DNA from: Candidatus Wolfebacteria bacterium
GTDB lineage: Bacteria > Patescibacteriota > Minisyncoccia > UBA6257 > UBA9933
Direction of reading: 5' to 3'
DNA: 64,000 bases
NCBI GenBank assembly: GCA_016188075.1
Contig: JACPIO010000017.1
Coordinates: 23,406-87,405, forward strand
Part shown: in pieces, positions 27,108 through 36,047 of the stretch
Layout of the letters: each line of letters opens with the position of its first letter
Position numbering within the stretch: position 1 is the first letter of the stretch
The notes under the pieces: model-generated
Seen by the model: the letters and a program-made list of their open reading frames with translations, nothing else
What the model was told of the DNA's origin: nothing
Databases searched by the model: none
Program-made: the position numbers and the translations under genes

Positions 27108-29102
27108 ATATTTTGAACAGCCGTAGAAAAAACGGCCGCGCTTGGTGCGTTTGCGAACCACTTCACCCTCTGCGCATTTCGGACATTTCATTTTAACGCC
27201 GTTCTCGTCCATCACCACATTTTTTATCGGCTTGGCGTTTTTGCAATCCGGAAAACCCGAGCAAGCCATGAATTTTCCGAAACGGCCGTATTTTATAATC
27301 ATCGGCTTGCCGCATTTTTCGCAATCCTCATCGGTCTTTTCTTCTATGGGTTTTTGCTTTTCCACTTCAAGATATTTTTTTTCCAAATTAACCGAAAACG
27401 GCTCATAAAATTTCCGGATGACATTTTGCCATTTTTCGGCGCCGATCGCGATTTCGTCCAATTCTTCTTCCATCCGGGCCGTAAACTGGATATCGACAAT
27501 TGTCGGGAAATGCTCGGTCAATATTTTATTTACGGCGCAGCCGATTTCGGTTGGCGCGAAACGCCGGTCTTCATTTTTAAGAACGTAATTTCTTTCCTGA
27601 ATCACCGAGATGGTCGGCGCGTAGGTGGAGGGCCGGCCGATGCCGTATTCTTCGAGCGTTTTAATAAGACTGGCTTCGTTGTAGCGCGGAGGCGGTTCGG
27701 TAAAATGCTGAGATGGCAAAACCTCAAGCAGTTTCAATTCTTCTTTTTCCGCGAGCGCCGGCAGTTCTTTTTCCTCGAATTGCGTGGGCCAAATTTTCAA
27801 AAACCCGTCAAATTTTAGAATACTGCCGGTGGTAATTAGTAAATAGTAATTAGCAATTAACGAGTTTTTGGCTTCTATCTCCACCCTTGTGGAGTCAAAA
27901 ATTGCTTGGGGCAGCTGCGAGGCGATAAAACGTCTCCAAATCAATTCGTAAAGTCTTTTTTCTTGATTATTTTCTCCCTGAAATTTTTCCGGAGCAAAGT
28001 CCGGCCGCGTGGGCCGAATAGCCTCATGCGCTTCTTGCGCCAAACGCGACTTTGTTTTAAAAAAGCGCGGGGCTTGACTCGCGTATTCTTTTCCCAATTT
28101 TTTTTCAATCCAGCTTTTAGCGGCCAGAACGGATTCGCGGGAAAGATTCACCGAGTCTGTCCGCATATAAGTGATTAAGCCGTTTTCGTAAAGACTCTGG
28201 GCGAACCGCATTGTTTGCTTAGCCGAACAGCGGAGGCGGCGAGACGCTTCCTGCTGAAGAGTCGATGTGGTAAAAGGCGGTAAGGGATTTCTTTTTAACT
28301 CTTTCTTTTCAATTTTGGAAACTCTAAAATCGCATTGCTTCAAATCAATGGCTATTTTATCCGCCTCCTCTTTTGTTTTAATTCCCAGCTTCGGAACAAC
28401 TTCGCCGTTTATTTTATGAAGCAGCGCAGTAAATTTATTTTCCGCGCCTGCCCCGAGTTTTACCGAGGGGTCGTTCCGCGCTGACTTCCGCGTTATTCCG
28501 CGCGATTGAAGCAGAGCTTCAATCGACCAGTATTCCTCCGGTTTGAAATTTTCAATCTCTTCTTCTCTTTCCGCAATCAAACGAAGCGCCACTGACTGCA
28601 CTCGGCCGGCCGAAAGCCGTCTCATCACCTTTTCCCACAAAAATGGCGAGAGTTTGTATCCCACCAAACGATCCAAAACGCGGCGCGCCTGTTGGGCGTC
28701 CACCAAACTCATATTAACTCCGCGAGGATTTTTTAAAGCTTCCTCAATGGCGGACTTGGTAATTTCGTGAAAAACGATTCTTTGGACCTTTGCCGTCCCC
28801 TCCTCATTTAATCCGAGCGCCTGGATTAAGTGATAGGCAATGGCTTCTCCTTCTCTGTCTTCGTCCGTTGCCATGATGACGGCATCGGCTTTTTCCGCTT
28901 CTTTTTTCAGCTGATTGACGCGCTTTTTGGACCTAATCGGAATGATATAGTGGGGTTCGAAATTTTTCTCAACATCAATTCCGATCTTGCTTTTCGGTAG
29001 ATCGCGAATATGACCCATGGTCGCAAGAACTTCATATTCTTTCCCAAGAAACCCTTTTAAGGTTTTTGATTTAGTTGGACTTTCCACTAAAATTAGTTTC
29101 AT
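27003..29102 (-). CDS. topA: DNA topoisomerase I
   Basis: LILVESPTK, ATDEDREGE, SAGRVQS, LITYMRTDS, Zn-ribbon C-terminus. Confidence 0.98.
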   Translation of the reverse strand: MKLILVESPTKSKTLKGFLGKEYEVLATMGHIRDLPKSKIGIDVEKNFEPHYIIPIRSKKRVNQLKKEAEKADAVIMATDEDREGEAIAYHLIQALGLNEEGTAKVQRIVFHEITKSAIEEALKNPRGVNMSLVDAQQARRVLDRLVGYKLSPFLWEKVMRRLSAGRVQSVALRLIAEREEEIENFKPEEYWSIEALLQSRGITRKSARNDPSVKLGAGAENKFTALLHKINGEVVPKLGIKTKEEADKIAIDLKQCDFRVSKIEKKELKRNPLPPFTTSTLQQEASRRLRCSAKQTMRFAQSLYENGLITYMRTDSVNLSRESVLAAKSWIEKKLGKEYASQAPRFFKTKSRLAQEAHEAIRPTRPDFAPEKFQGENNQEKRLYELIWRRFIASQLPQAIFDSTRVEIEAKNSLIANYYLLITTGSILKFDGFLKIWPTQFEEKELPALAEKEELKLLEVLPSQHFTEPPPRYNEASLIKTLEEYGIGRPSTYAPTISVIQERNYVLKNEDRRFAPTEIGCAVNKILTEHFPTIVDIQFTARMEEELDEIAIGAEKWQNVIRKFYEPFSVNLEKKYLEVEKQKPIEEKTDEDCEKCGKPMIIKYGRFGKFMACSGFPDCKNAKPIKNVVMDENGVKMKCPKCAEGEVVRKRTKRGRFFYGCSKYPACDYASWVNPQVTENSNAKERKSDEPAGEARPL

Positions 29103-29114
29103 ATTCTATTTCTA

Positions 29115-30230
29115 TTATATAGAGATATTATATTTATAAATACCAGATTTCGAAGCTTGATGTTGAATGCTATTCCAATTTCGATTAGGCAACATTGACA
29201 AAATCTCGGTTTTGGATAAGAGGGGATAAAATTGTTTAATAACTTGTTTTTCCTTTTGCGAATAATTTTTTCTATATTTCATTTCAATTTTTATACACCG
29301 TTTTGCCGCCTGAAATTTTCTTTCTATATATAAATAAGCATTGGTATAGAGATAACCTAAGAGAGTTTTAGCAGAATTACACCGATAAGCAATGTGGCAT
29401 AAATTATACTTCCCGTCTTTAGATATAGATTTTGTAACAGTAGAGTAAATATTAAATTTTTTAAGAAAATAGTTTCGGATAAAAGTTACAGTATTTTCTC
29501 CGCCACAAATACTTAAGTTGGGATAGCCTAGTTTATCAATCGAAATGCCCCCATCTCCATCTACAATGCCGCGAATAAAATGTCTAACATATTTTCCGGG
29601 GATATCTGGAATTTTTTCGCGAAGGCTTTTTTGATAAGAAATTTTAAGAATTTTTAAATCATCAACAATTTTTTGGCTGGTAATACATAAATAGGCCGCA
29701 CTTTTAACTAAAGATATTTTATGTTGAGAAGAAAGTTCCCTTTTTATTTTTTCTAAAATATCGACATCTCGTTTTTGAACACCAAATTTCAAAGCATCGC
29801 TATATCCCTCATGCGTTCCTCTAGTAATACAGCCATCAGCCAAGGTAAAACCAAGAACATAAGCCATATTGGGCGACCACTTTTGGAAATAAGATTCATT
29901 GACGTTTATTTTTGGTTTATTAGTACTCCGTTTCAATCCCAATCTCTCTCCTTGAGCTAAGATAGCCGACCACGATCTTTTGGGTAAAAAATTTAACAAT
30001 TCGCCCTCGGTAGAATCTTTAAAATATTTTTTAAGTATTTCATTTTCTTCTCGCTGCCATAATTTTGCGGATGACAAACTAAGACTTAGGGCTTTTGCGA
30101 CTATCGTATCCCTGGTACGCCCAGGGAATTTTTCTGCTATATCTTTGACCCTGAATTTTGGATATAAGGCTATTAAGAGCTCGACTTCTTTATCAGACCA
30201 ATAATGATATTTAATACTTCTATTACCCAT
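29115..30230 (-). CDS. Free-standing double-LAGLIDADG endonuclease-like protein with W(S/Q)xxE helical repeats
   Basis: MAYVLGFTLADG and HFIRGIVDGDG motifs; visibly AT-richer than its neighbours. Confidence 0.8.
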   Translation of the reverse strand: MGNRSIKYHYWSDKEVELLIALYPKFRVKDIAEKFPGRTRDTIVAKALSLSLSSAKLWQREENEILKKYFKDSTEGELLNFLPKRSWSAILAQGERLGLKRSTNKPKINVNESYFQKWSPNMAYVLGFTLADGCITRGTHEGYSDALKFGVQKRDVDILEKIKRELSSQHKISLVKSAAYLCITSQKIVDDLKILKISYQKSLREKIPDIPGKYVRHFIRGIVDGDGGISIDKLGYPNLSICGGENTVTFIRNYFLKKFNIYSTVTKSISKDGKYNLCHIAYRCNSAKTLLGYLYTNAYLYIERKFQAAKRCIKIEMKYRKNYSQKEKQVIKQFYPLLSKTEILSMLPNRNWNSIQHQASKSGIYKYNISI

Positions 30231-30329
30231 CTTTACATTTTAGTATATTTTGCGGGAAATTCAACGATAACGAGATTCATAAAACATAAAACATTTGCGC
30301 TTCATGCTTTATGCTTCATGATTTGTGAA

Positions 30330-31214
30330 TCATATCGTATATCCTCTTTCCGACTCCTTTATAAAATTATTGATTACCAGCATCGCGACTGTTTGACTTA
30401 CGACTTGCGGTTCCAGTTTAGTGAGCTCAATAATTTTGTCAATTCGAACCGGCTCCCCCGCCCCTTCAATAACTCTTAAAACCATTAATTGTTTCTCGTC
30501 TTTAATTTTTTGTGATTTCGTATTTTCGTATATTCGTACCTTTTCGTATTTCGTAGCCAGATTGAGGTCTTCCATTATATCTTCCGCCGAAGCAACCAAT
30601 CTCGCCCCGTCCCTGATTAAAGCGTGCGATCCCTTATAGTTGGGGTGCTCGACCGGTCCGGGAAAAACAAAAACTTCGCGACCCTGTTCAGCCGCGAGCC
30701 GCGCCGTAACCAAAGCGCCAGACTCCCTGGGAGCTTCGATTATAATGGCGGCCAAAGAAAGACCGCTTACGATTCTATTTCGTTCAAGAAATCGGTGCGG
30801 CAGGACCGGCGTCCCCGGAGAATATTCCGAGATAATCGCTCCGCCGGCTTGGAGAATCTGATTGGCTAAATTTTCATTCTGCTCAGGATAAATAGAATCG
30901 AGGCCGTTTCCAAGAACGGCAATGGTCGGCGATCCGCCGCGCAAACTGCCTTGGTGAGCCGCGGTGTCAATACCCATCGCCAAACCGCTTACGACAACGA
31001 GTCCCCGGCGCGACAAATCTTCGGCTAATCGTTTGGCCATATTTTTTCCGGCTTCGGTGGCTTTTCTCGTTCCCACAATGGCAACGCGCGGAATGTCGTA
31101 AGCGGGCAATTTCCCCAAAAAATAGAGCCCAGACGGCGCGCCTCGTATTTCCGAAAGCAAGGCCGGATAGCGGCTATCGCCCCTCTCTAAAAAATTTATT
31201 TCCGCTTTTGACAT
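30330..31214 (-). CDS. dprA: DNA-processing protein DprA
   Basis: VAIVGTR, VVSGLAMGIDTAAH, FLERNRIVSGLS, SGALVTA. Confidence 0.97.
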   Translation of the reverse strand: MSKAEINFLERGDSRYPALLSEIRGAPSGLYFLGKLPAYDIPRVAIVGTRKATEAGKNMAKRLAEDLSRRGLVVVSGLAMGIDTAAHQGSLRGGSPTIAVLGNGLDSIYPEQNENLANQILQAGGAIISEYSPGTPVLPHRFLERNRIVSGLSLAAIIIEAPRESGALVTARLAAEQGREVFVFPGPVEHPNYKGSHALIRDGARLVASAEDIMEDLNLATKYEKVRIYENTKSQKIKDEKQLMVLRVIEGAGEPVRIDKIIELTKLEPQVVSQTVAMLVINNFIKESERGYTI

Positions 31215-31297
31215 AGACTAAAACATTGAATAATATTATAAATGAGTAAGCGCGAATTGGCGAATTCTCGCGAATATCGCAAATTAAATCTTTTGGC

Positions 31298-31825
31298 ATG
31301 CAATTCAAAAAATATTTTTTAACTCGAGTCGGAATTGATCTCGCGATCATTATTGCCGCTGCCATCCTCGCGGTCTTTATCGGCTCCGACATGCGAAACC
31401 GCGCCGCCAAAATTACTTCATTAAGAGACGACATTGATTTCTGGACTCAATCAACCGAATCCCTGGCCTTGCTCCGCGAGGACCGGGCTCGAGCCCAAAA
31501 CTATTCCGCCGAACTTCAGAATAGGTTGCCCAGCCGAGACGAGCTTTTAAATTTTTCACGGGATTTAAACATCATCGCCAATCAAAATAAGGTGGGTTTT
31601 AATTCTTCTTTGGGAAACGAAGAGAGGGGCGCCAACGATAAATTGGGCAGAGTGTCTTTTAATTTGACAGCCGAAGGCGCGCTTGATAACATTTTAAACC
31701 TTGCGAAGGGAATAAAAAACAGCCGATACTTTGTCAATACGACCAATTTCGATCTTGTGGCGAAACCCGGAGACGGTTTCCGGCTTTCTATGAACGGACA
31801 GGTATTTTCGTTTTATTCACGCTAA
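31298..31825 (+). CDS. PilO-like type IV pilus assembly protein
   Basis: N-terminal TM, coiled coil, RLPSRDELLNF and FNLTAEGALDNILN..I.NSRYFV pattern. Confidence 0.55.
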   Translation: MQFKKYFLTRVGIDLAIIIAAAILAVFIGSDMRNRAAKITSLRDDIDFWTQSTESLALLREDRARAQNYSAELQNRLPSRDELLNFSRDLNIIANQNKVGFNSSLGNEERGANDKLGRVSFNLTAEGALDNILNLAKGIKNSRYFVNTTNFDLVAKPGDGFRLSMNGQVFSFYSR

Positions 31826-32028
31826 TGACTAAACTATTAAAAAACAGAGAGGTAATTTTTATTGCCCTTAGCCTGCTTTTCCTTTTTCTCGTGGGACTCG
31901 CCGTCTTTTACTCCGTGAGTTTTCTTTTGGACAATTTCCAAAAAGCAATTTCGGAAAACGGGGCAACTGACCAGCAGATTTCCAAATTCAATTTAAAAGG
32001 ATTGGAAGAATTGGGAATTATAAAGTAA
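31825..32028 (+). CDS. Small hypothetical membrane protein
   Basis: Overlaps the upstream stop; single TM. Confidence 0.65.
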   Translation: MTKLLKNREVIFIALSLLFLFLVGLAVFYSVSFLLDNFQKAISENGATDQQISKFNLKGLEELGIIK

Positions 32029-32057
32029 GCCTTTTTTCGGGCGCGTAGTTCAGCTTG

Positions 32058-32156
32058 CCCCGCCACCTCTGGGCATGTAGCTCAGTGGTAGAGCACAGTC
32101 CTGATAAGACTGGGGTCGGAGGTTCGATCCCTCCCATGCCCACAGAGGTGGCGGGG
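32058..32156. mobile_element. CCCC...GGGG inverted-repeat element enclosing a tRNA-Ile
   Basis: Perfect 14-bp IR CCCCGCCACCTCTG/CAGAGGTGGCGGGG. Confidence 0.65.
32071..32142 (+). tRNA. tRNA-Ile(GAT), inner intact copy
   Basis: GGGCATG/CATGCCC stem, loop CTGATAA, GGTTCGATCC. Confidence 0.93.
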
Positions 32157-32466
32157 TGAAGTAGAACGCGTCTCTGATAAAGACGAGGTCGGAGGTTTTC
32201 CCGCATTCATCCCGAACGCAGTGAGGTTAAGCAAGCGCAATCCCGCACAATCCGCCTCTGACAGATTTGTGCGGGACGATCCTTCCCGCGCCCACACGAA
32301 TTCCGCTAAAATTTTTAACAAAAATTTTATAGCGGAATTCAGTGTCCCGAGCGAGTCCCGATCGCAATCGGGACGACGAGGGGCTACATAAGCCACCCGG
32401 GTGGCGTATTGAATTGTATTACAAAACCCCTATCAAATTGAACCGATTTCTATTAGAATATTTAGA

Positions 32467-32838
32467 ATGGCTCTCATTCTTTACCTTGGCAATCGTTTTT
32501 TCTATCGGCTCGCCGAATTCTTCCGACATTGGTACAAAAACAGCTTCCGGATTTACGGCCACTTTGTAATTTCCACTCTTGAAAAACTCGACCAAAGTTT
32601 AGCTTGGAGAATCACTCTCAAGCACCTTTTTGAACCCCTTTATCAAGACCGCAGTTTTATCGGCTATATTTTGGGTTTCATTTTTCGAGTGGGGAGGCTC
32701 ATAATCGGCGGCGCAATCCATCTCTTCCTCATAACCATCGCCCTTCTACTCTATCTATCTTGGCTCGTCATTCCCGTTTTCATAATTTCTAAAATACTCA
32801 ATCTGCCGATCCCCATAAATATTCCAAACTTTTTCTAA
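32467..32838 (+). CDS. Hypothetical membrane protein coupled to the Clp ATPase
   Basis: LKHLFEPLYQD..IGYILGFIFR; its stop overlaps the next start. Confidence 0.75.
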   Translation: MALILYLGNRFFYRLAEFFRHWYKNSFRIYGHFVISTLEKLDQSLAWRITLKHLFEPLYQDRSFIGYILGFIFRVGRLIIGGAIHLFLITIALLLYLSWLVIPVFIISKILNLPIPINIPNFF

Positions 32839-35354
32839 TGCCAGAATTTAAGATGCAAAATTTATATCTCAAGGATGCGCGGATCGAGATGGCGACCGCC
32901 CTCCGTTTCGTCCTTCGCCTTATCACCTATTCTTTTTATACCTTATTTACGGCGGCTGTTTTATCCCTGCTCCTCACTGATATCCCCTCTCTGTTTTGGC
33001 TGGGAGTTTTGGGCGCTTTATTTTTAGCGGACAGAATGCTCCACGTTGGCGAAGCCGAGAGGACGCTCAACGACCCGGGGGCGAGCACCGACGAGACAAT
33101 CAATATTGCCAACCATCTCGCTCCAAAAACTTTATCGATTCTCGAAAGGGCGATCGAGCGGTCATCCATCACCGGAAGCAATCTCCATCTCTCGCTTCTC
33201 AAAATTTTAATCAAAGAAAAAGACGTCGCGGAGGCGCTCGCAAGATTGGAAATATCCAGCAAAGAATTTGAGACGAAGATTGACGACTTGCTGAAAAGCG
33301 AATTGACTCAAAAGATTTTTAGGGAGAAATTATTCGACGATGTCGCGGCCTTAACCAAAATTGCTTTTGTCCTCGGCCAGGCCTCGAAAGAAAAATTCAT
33401 TGAGCCCAGAGTTTTATTTGCCGCCGCCCCCCTGGCTCAAGACGCGAAACTAAACAGACTTTTCGGCGTTTTCGGAATAGATTCCCAAGATCTCCAAAAC
33501 GCGATGCTTTTCGGCCGGTTCAGCCGAGACTCTGGCTGGCTTAAAAACTTGCCGGCTTCTTTGGCTGGTTTCGCGAACAGTCCCTCGAGAATCCGCAAAC
33601 GCTTTATGAATCGCGCCTGGACAGCCCGACCCACGCCCACCCTTGACAAATACTCCATAGATTTCACCAATCTCGCGAGACGGGAAAAAATAGGATTTCT
33701 CATAGGCCACAAGGAAGAATACAATCGCCTGATTGACATTCTCTCTCGTCCGTCAAAGCCAAACGCGCTTTTAGTGGGCGACCCGGGCAGCGGCAAAGAA
33801 ACGATTATCGCTCATCTCGCTTTTAAAATCGCGAAAGACGAAGTCCCGGCGGCCCTTTTTGACAAAAGATTGATTTCTCTGCAGATCGGTAATTTGGTTT
33901 CCGGCGCCACCTCGGATGAAGTTTCGAAGCGCGTCAATGACGTCATCGGCGAAATTTTGGCGGCCGGAAACGTCATCCTGCACATTCCCGACATTCATAA
34001 TCTCACCAAAACTTCAGGGCCTCAATATCTAAGCGCGGCTGACATCTTAATCCCGGCAGTGACCACCGACGAATTTCCGCTCGTCGGCTCCACCTATCCC
34101 AGAGAATTTAAAGCAATGATAGAATCGCAAAGTGATTTTTCTTCGGCGTTTGAGATAATCCGCGTTAACGAAATAAGCGAAGAGGAAGCAACCCAAATTT
34201 TAACTTACGAGAGCTTGGTTTTGGAAAAACAATATCACCTGACAATAACCATCGGCGCCGTGAACCAAGCAGTCAATCTGGCGCATAAATATTTTCGGCA
34301 AAAATTTCTGCCGTCGAGCGCCGAAGAACTGCTGAAAGAAGCTCTGGCCTGGGCTAGCCAAAAAGGCGACCGAATCCTCCGGTCCGACGATTTGATTCAA
34401 ATCGCCGAGCGAAAAATCAACATTCCTCTTCATCGCACCAACAAAGAAGAAACGGAAAAACTGCTTAATCTGGAAAGCCTCATCCACGAAAGACTGGTTG
34501 ATCAGGAAGAAGCGGTCAAAGCCGTGAGCAGCGCTCTTCGAGAATACCGGAGCGGCCTGGCGCGCCAAGGCGGACCCATGGCGGCGTTTCTTTTTGTCGG
34601 ACCCACGGGCGTGGGCAAAACCGAACTCGCCAAAACCTTGGCGAAAATCCAATTTGGCTCGGAGAAAATGATGATCCGCTTTGACATGTCCGAATACCAG
34701 GATAAACAAAGCATCTACCGCTTTATCGGCTCTCCGGACGGCAGGATGGCCGGCAATTTGACCGAATCCGTTATTCAAAAACCCTACTCGTTAATTCTTT
34801 TGGATGAATTTGAAAAAGCCAATTCGGACATCTTAAATCTTTTTCTTCAAGTATTTGACGACGGCCGACTAACCGATAACCTGGGACGCACCATTGATTT
34901 CGTAAATACGATGATCATTGCCACTTCGAACGCGCATTCGGAATTCATAAAAACGCACATTGAAGCCCATACGCCGATGCCCGTGATCGCCGAAGAGCTC
35001 AAAAAGAAATTGACGGACTATTTCCGGCCGGAATTATTAAATCGCTTCTCCAATATAATTGTCTTTAAAACCTTAAGCCGTGAGGACATTGAGGCGATTG
35101 CGCGGATTCAGCTTAAAAACCTGGCCCAAGACGTACTCGAAACCAACGCCATCAATTTATTCTACGATGACGCCGTGGTAAAAAAAGTTGCCGAACTCGG
35201 TTTTGATCCGGTCTTCGGCGCCCGACCTTTGCGCGGCGTTATTTCCGACAAAATCCGGAGTGTTCTGGCGGAGAAAATCTTGAAAGGCGAAATCGTAAAA
35301 GGGAGCGAAATAAAAATATCCCTGGAAGCCGATGAGTTAAAATTCTCTTTTTGA
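32838..35354 (+). CDS. ClpA/ClpB-family AAA+ ATPase with N-terminal TM segments
   Basis: NBD2 FLFVGPTGVGKTELAK, ILLDEFEKA, FRPELLNR, GARPLR; degenerate NBD1. Confidence 0.9.
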   Translation: MPEFKMQNLYLKDARIEMATALRFVLRLITYSFYTLFTAAVLSLLLTDIPSLFWLGVLGALFLADRMLHVGEAERTLNDPGASTDETINIANHLAPKTLSILERAIERSSITGSNLHLSLLKILIKEKDVAEALARLEISSKEFETKIDDLLKSELTQKIFREKLFDDVAALTKIAFVLGQASKEKFIEPRVLFAAAPLAQDAKLNRLFGVFGIDSQDLQNAMLFGRFSRDSGWLKNLPASLAGFANSPSRIRKRFMNRAWTARPTPTLDKYSIDFTNLARREKIGFLIGHKEEYNRLIDILSRPSKPNALLVGDPGSGKETIIAHLAFKIAKDEVPAALFDKRLISLQIGNLVSGATSDEVSKRVNDVIGEILAAGNVILHIPDIHNLTKTSGPQYLSAADILIPAVTTDEFPLVGSTYPREFKAMIESQSDFSSAFEIIRVNEISEEEATQILTYESLVLEKQYHLTITIGAVNQAVNLAHKYFRQKFLPSSAEELLKEALAWASQKGDRILRSDDLIQIAERKINIPLHRTNKEETEKLLNLESLIHERLVDQEEAVKAVSSALREYRSGLARQGGPMAAFLFVGPTGVGKTELAKTLAKIQFGSEKMMIRFDMSEYQDKQSIYRFIGSPDGRMAGNLTESVIQKPYSLILLDEFEKANSDILNLFLQVFDDGRLTDNLGRTIDFVNTMIIATSNAHSEFIKTHIEAHTPMPVIAEELKKKLTDYFRPELLNRFSNIIVFKTLSREDIEAIARIQLKNLAQDVLETNAINLFYDDAVVKKVAELGFDPVFGARPLRGVISDKIRSVLAEKILKGEIVKGSEIKISLEADELKFSF

Positions 35355-35374
35355 ATTCGCGACGAAACCCTACA

Positions 35375-36040
35375 ATGAAAATAAAAATTGACATTAATTT
35401 AGAAAATTTCAAGATTAACCGGATTGCTAAATACCTGATACTGGCAGACTTGTTCTTCTTGGGCGGCTGGAGCTTGATTGATCCGATTTTCGCGATTTTC
35501 GTGATTCAAAAAATCGCCGGCGCCACGATTGTGACAGTGGGCATCGCCACAGCCATTACACTTTTAACCAAGTCAATTTTCCAGATACCCGTCGCGATTT
35601 ATTTGGATAAAAAAGCTGGCGAGAAAGACGATTTTTATGCTTTGGTTTTGGGTCTTATGCTTACCGGACTTACCGCGATTTTATTTGTGCTTACCAAAAA
35701 CATCGCTGTGCTTTATTTAATAGTTTTTTTGAAAGGTATGGCTTTTGGGTTATACGTGCCTTCGTGGTCAGCGATTTTTTCGCGCCATCTTGATCCGGAT
35801 CGCTATGCCTTTGATTGGTCCCTTGATAGCACCACGGCCGGACTCGCGGCCGGGGTGGCTTCGTTTACCGGAGGGATTTTGGCGAGCGTCTGGGGATTCG
35901 AAGCGGTGTTTATTTTGACGAGTGCTTTATCTTTCGCGAGCGCCTTTCTTTTATTTTTCGTGCCGAACTTAATTATTCCTCGCGCCTCATCCCAGACACC
36001 AATTATCAAAAACTACACGCCGCCAACTTTGAGCAAATGA
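35375..36040 (+). CDS. Half-size MFS-like membrane protein
   Basis: About 6 TM helices, IFAIFV, FQIPVAIYLDK; ATG at 35375. Confidence 0.75.
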   Translation: MKIKIDINLENFKINRIAKYLILADLFFLGGWSLIDPIFAIFVIQKIAGATIVTVGIATAITLLTKSIFQIPVAIYLDKKAGEKDDFYALVLGLMLTGLTAILFVLTKNIAVLYLIVFLKGMAFGLYVPSWSAIFSRHLDPDRYAFDWSLDSTTAGLAAGVASFTGGILASVWGFEAVFILTSALSFASAFLLFFVPNLIIPRASSQTPIIKNYTPPTLSK

Positions 36041-36047
36041 TCTATTA

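Larger units (their letters stand above)
32039..32294 (+). pseudogene. Outer, interrupted tRNA-Ile(GAT)-like gene
   Basis: 32039-32057 + 32161-32196 + 32277-32294 rejoin to a cloverleaf with a GGGCGCG/CGCGCCC acceptor stem; the anticodon arm is one nt short. Confidence 0.75.
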
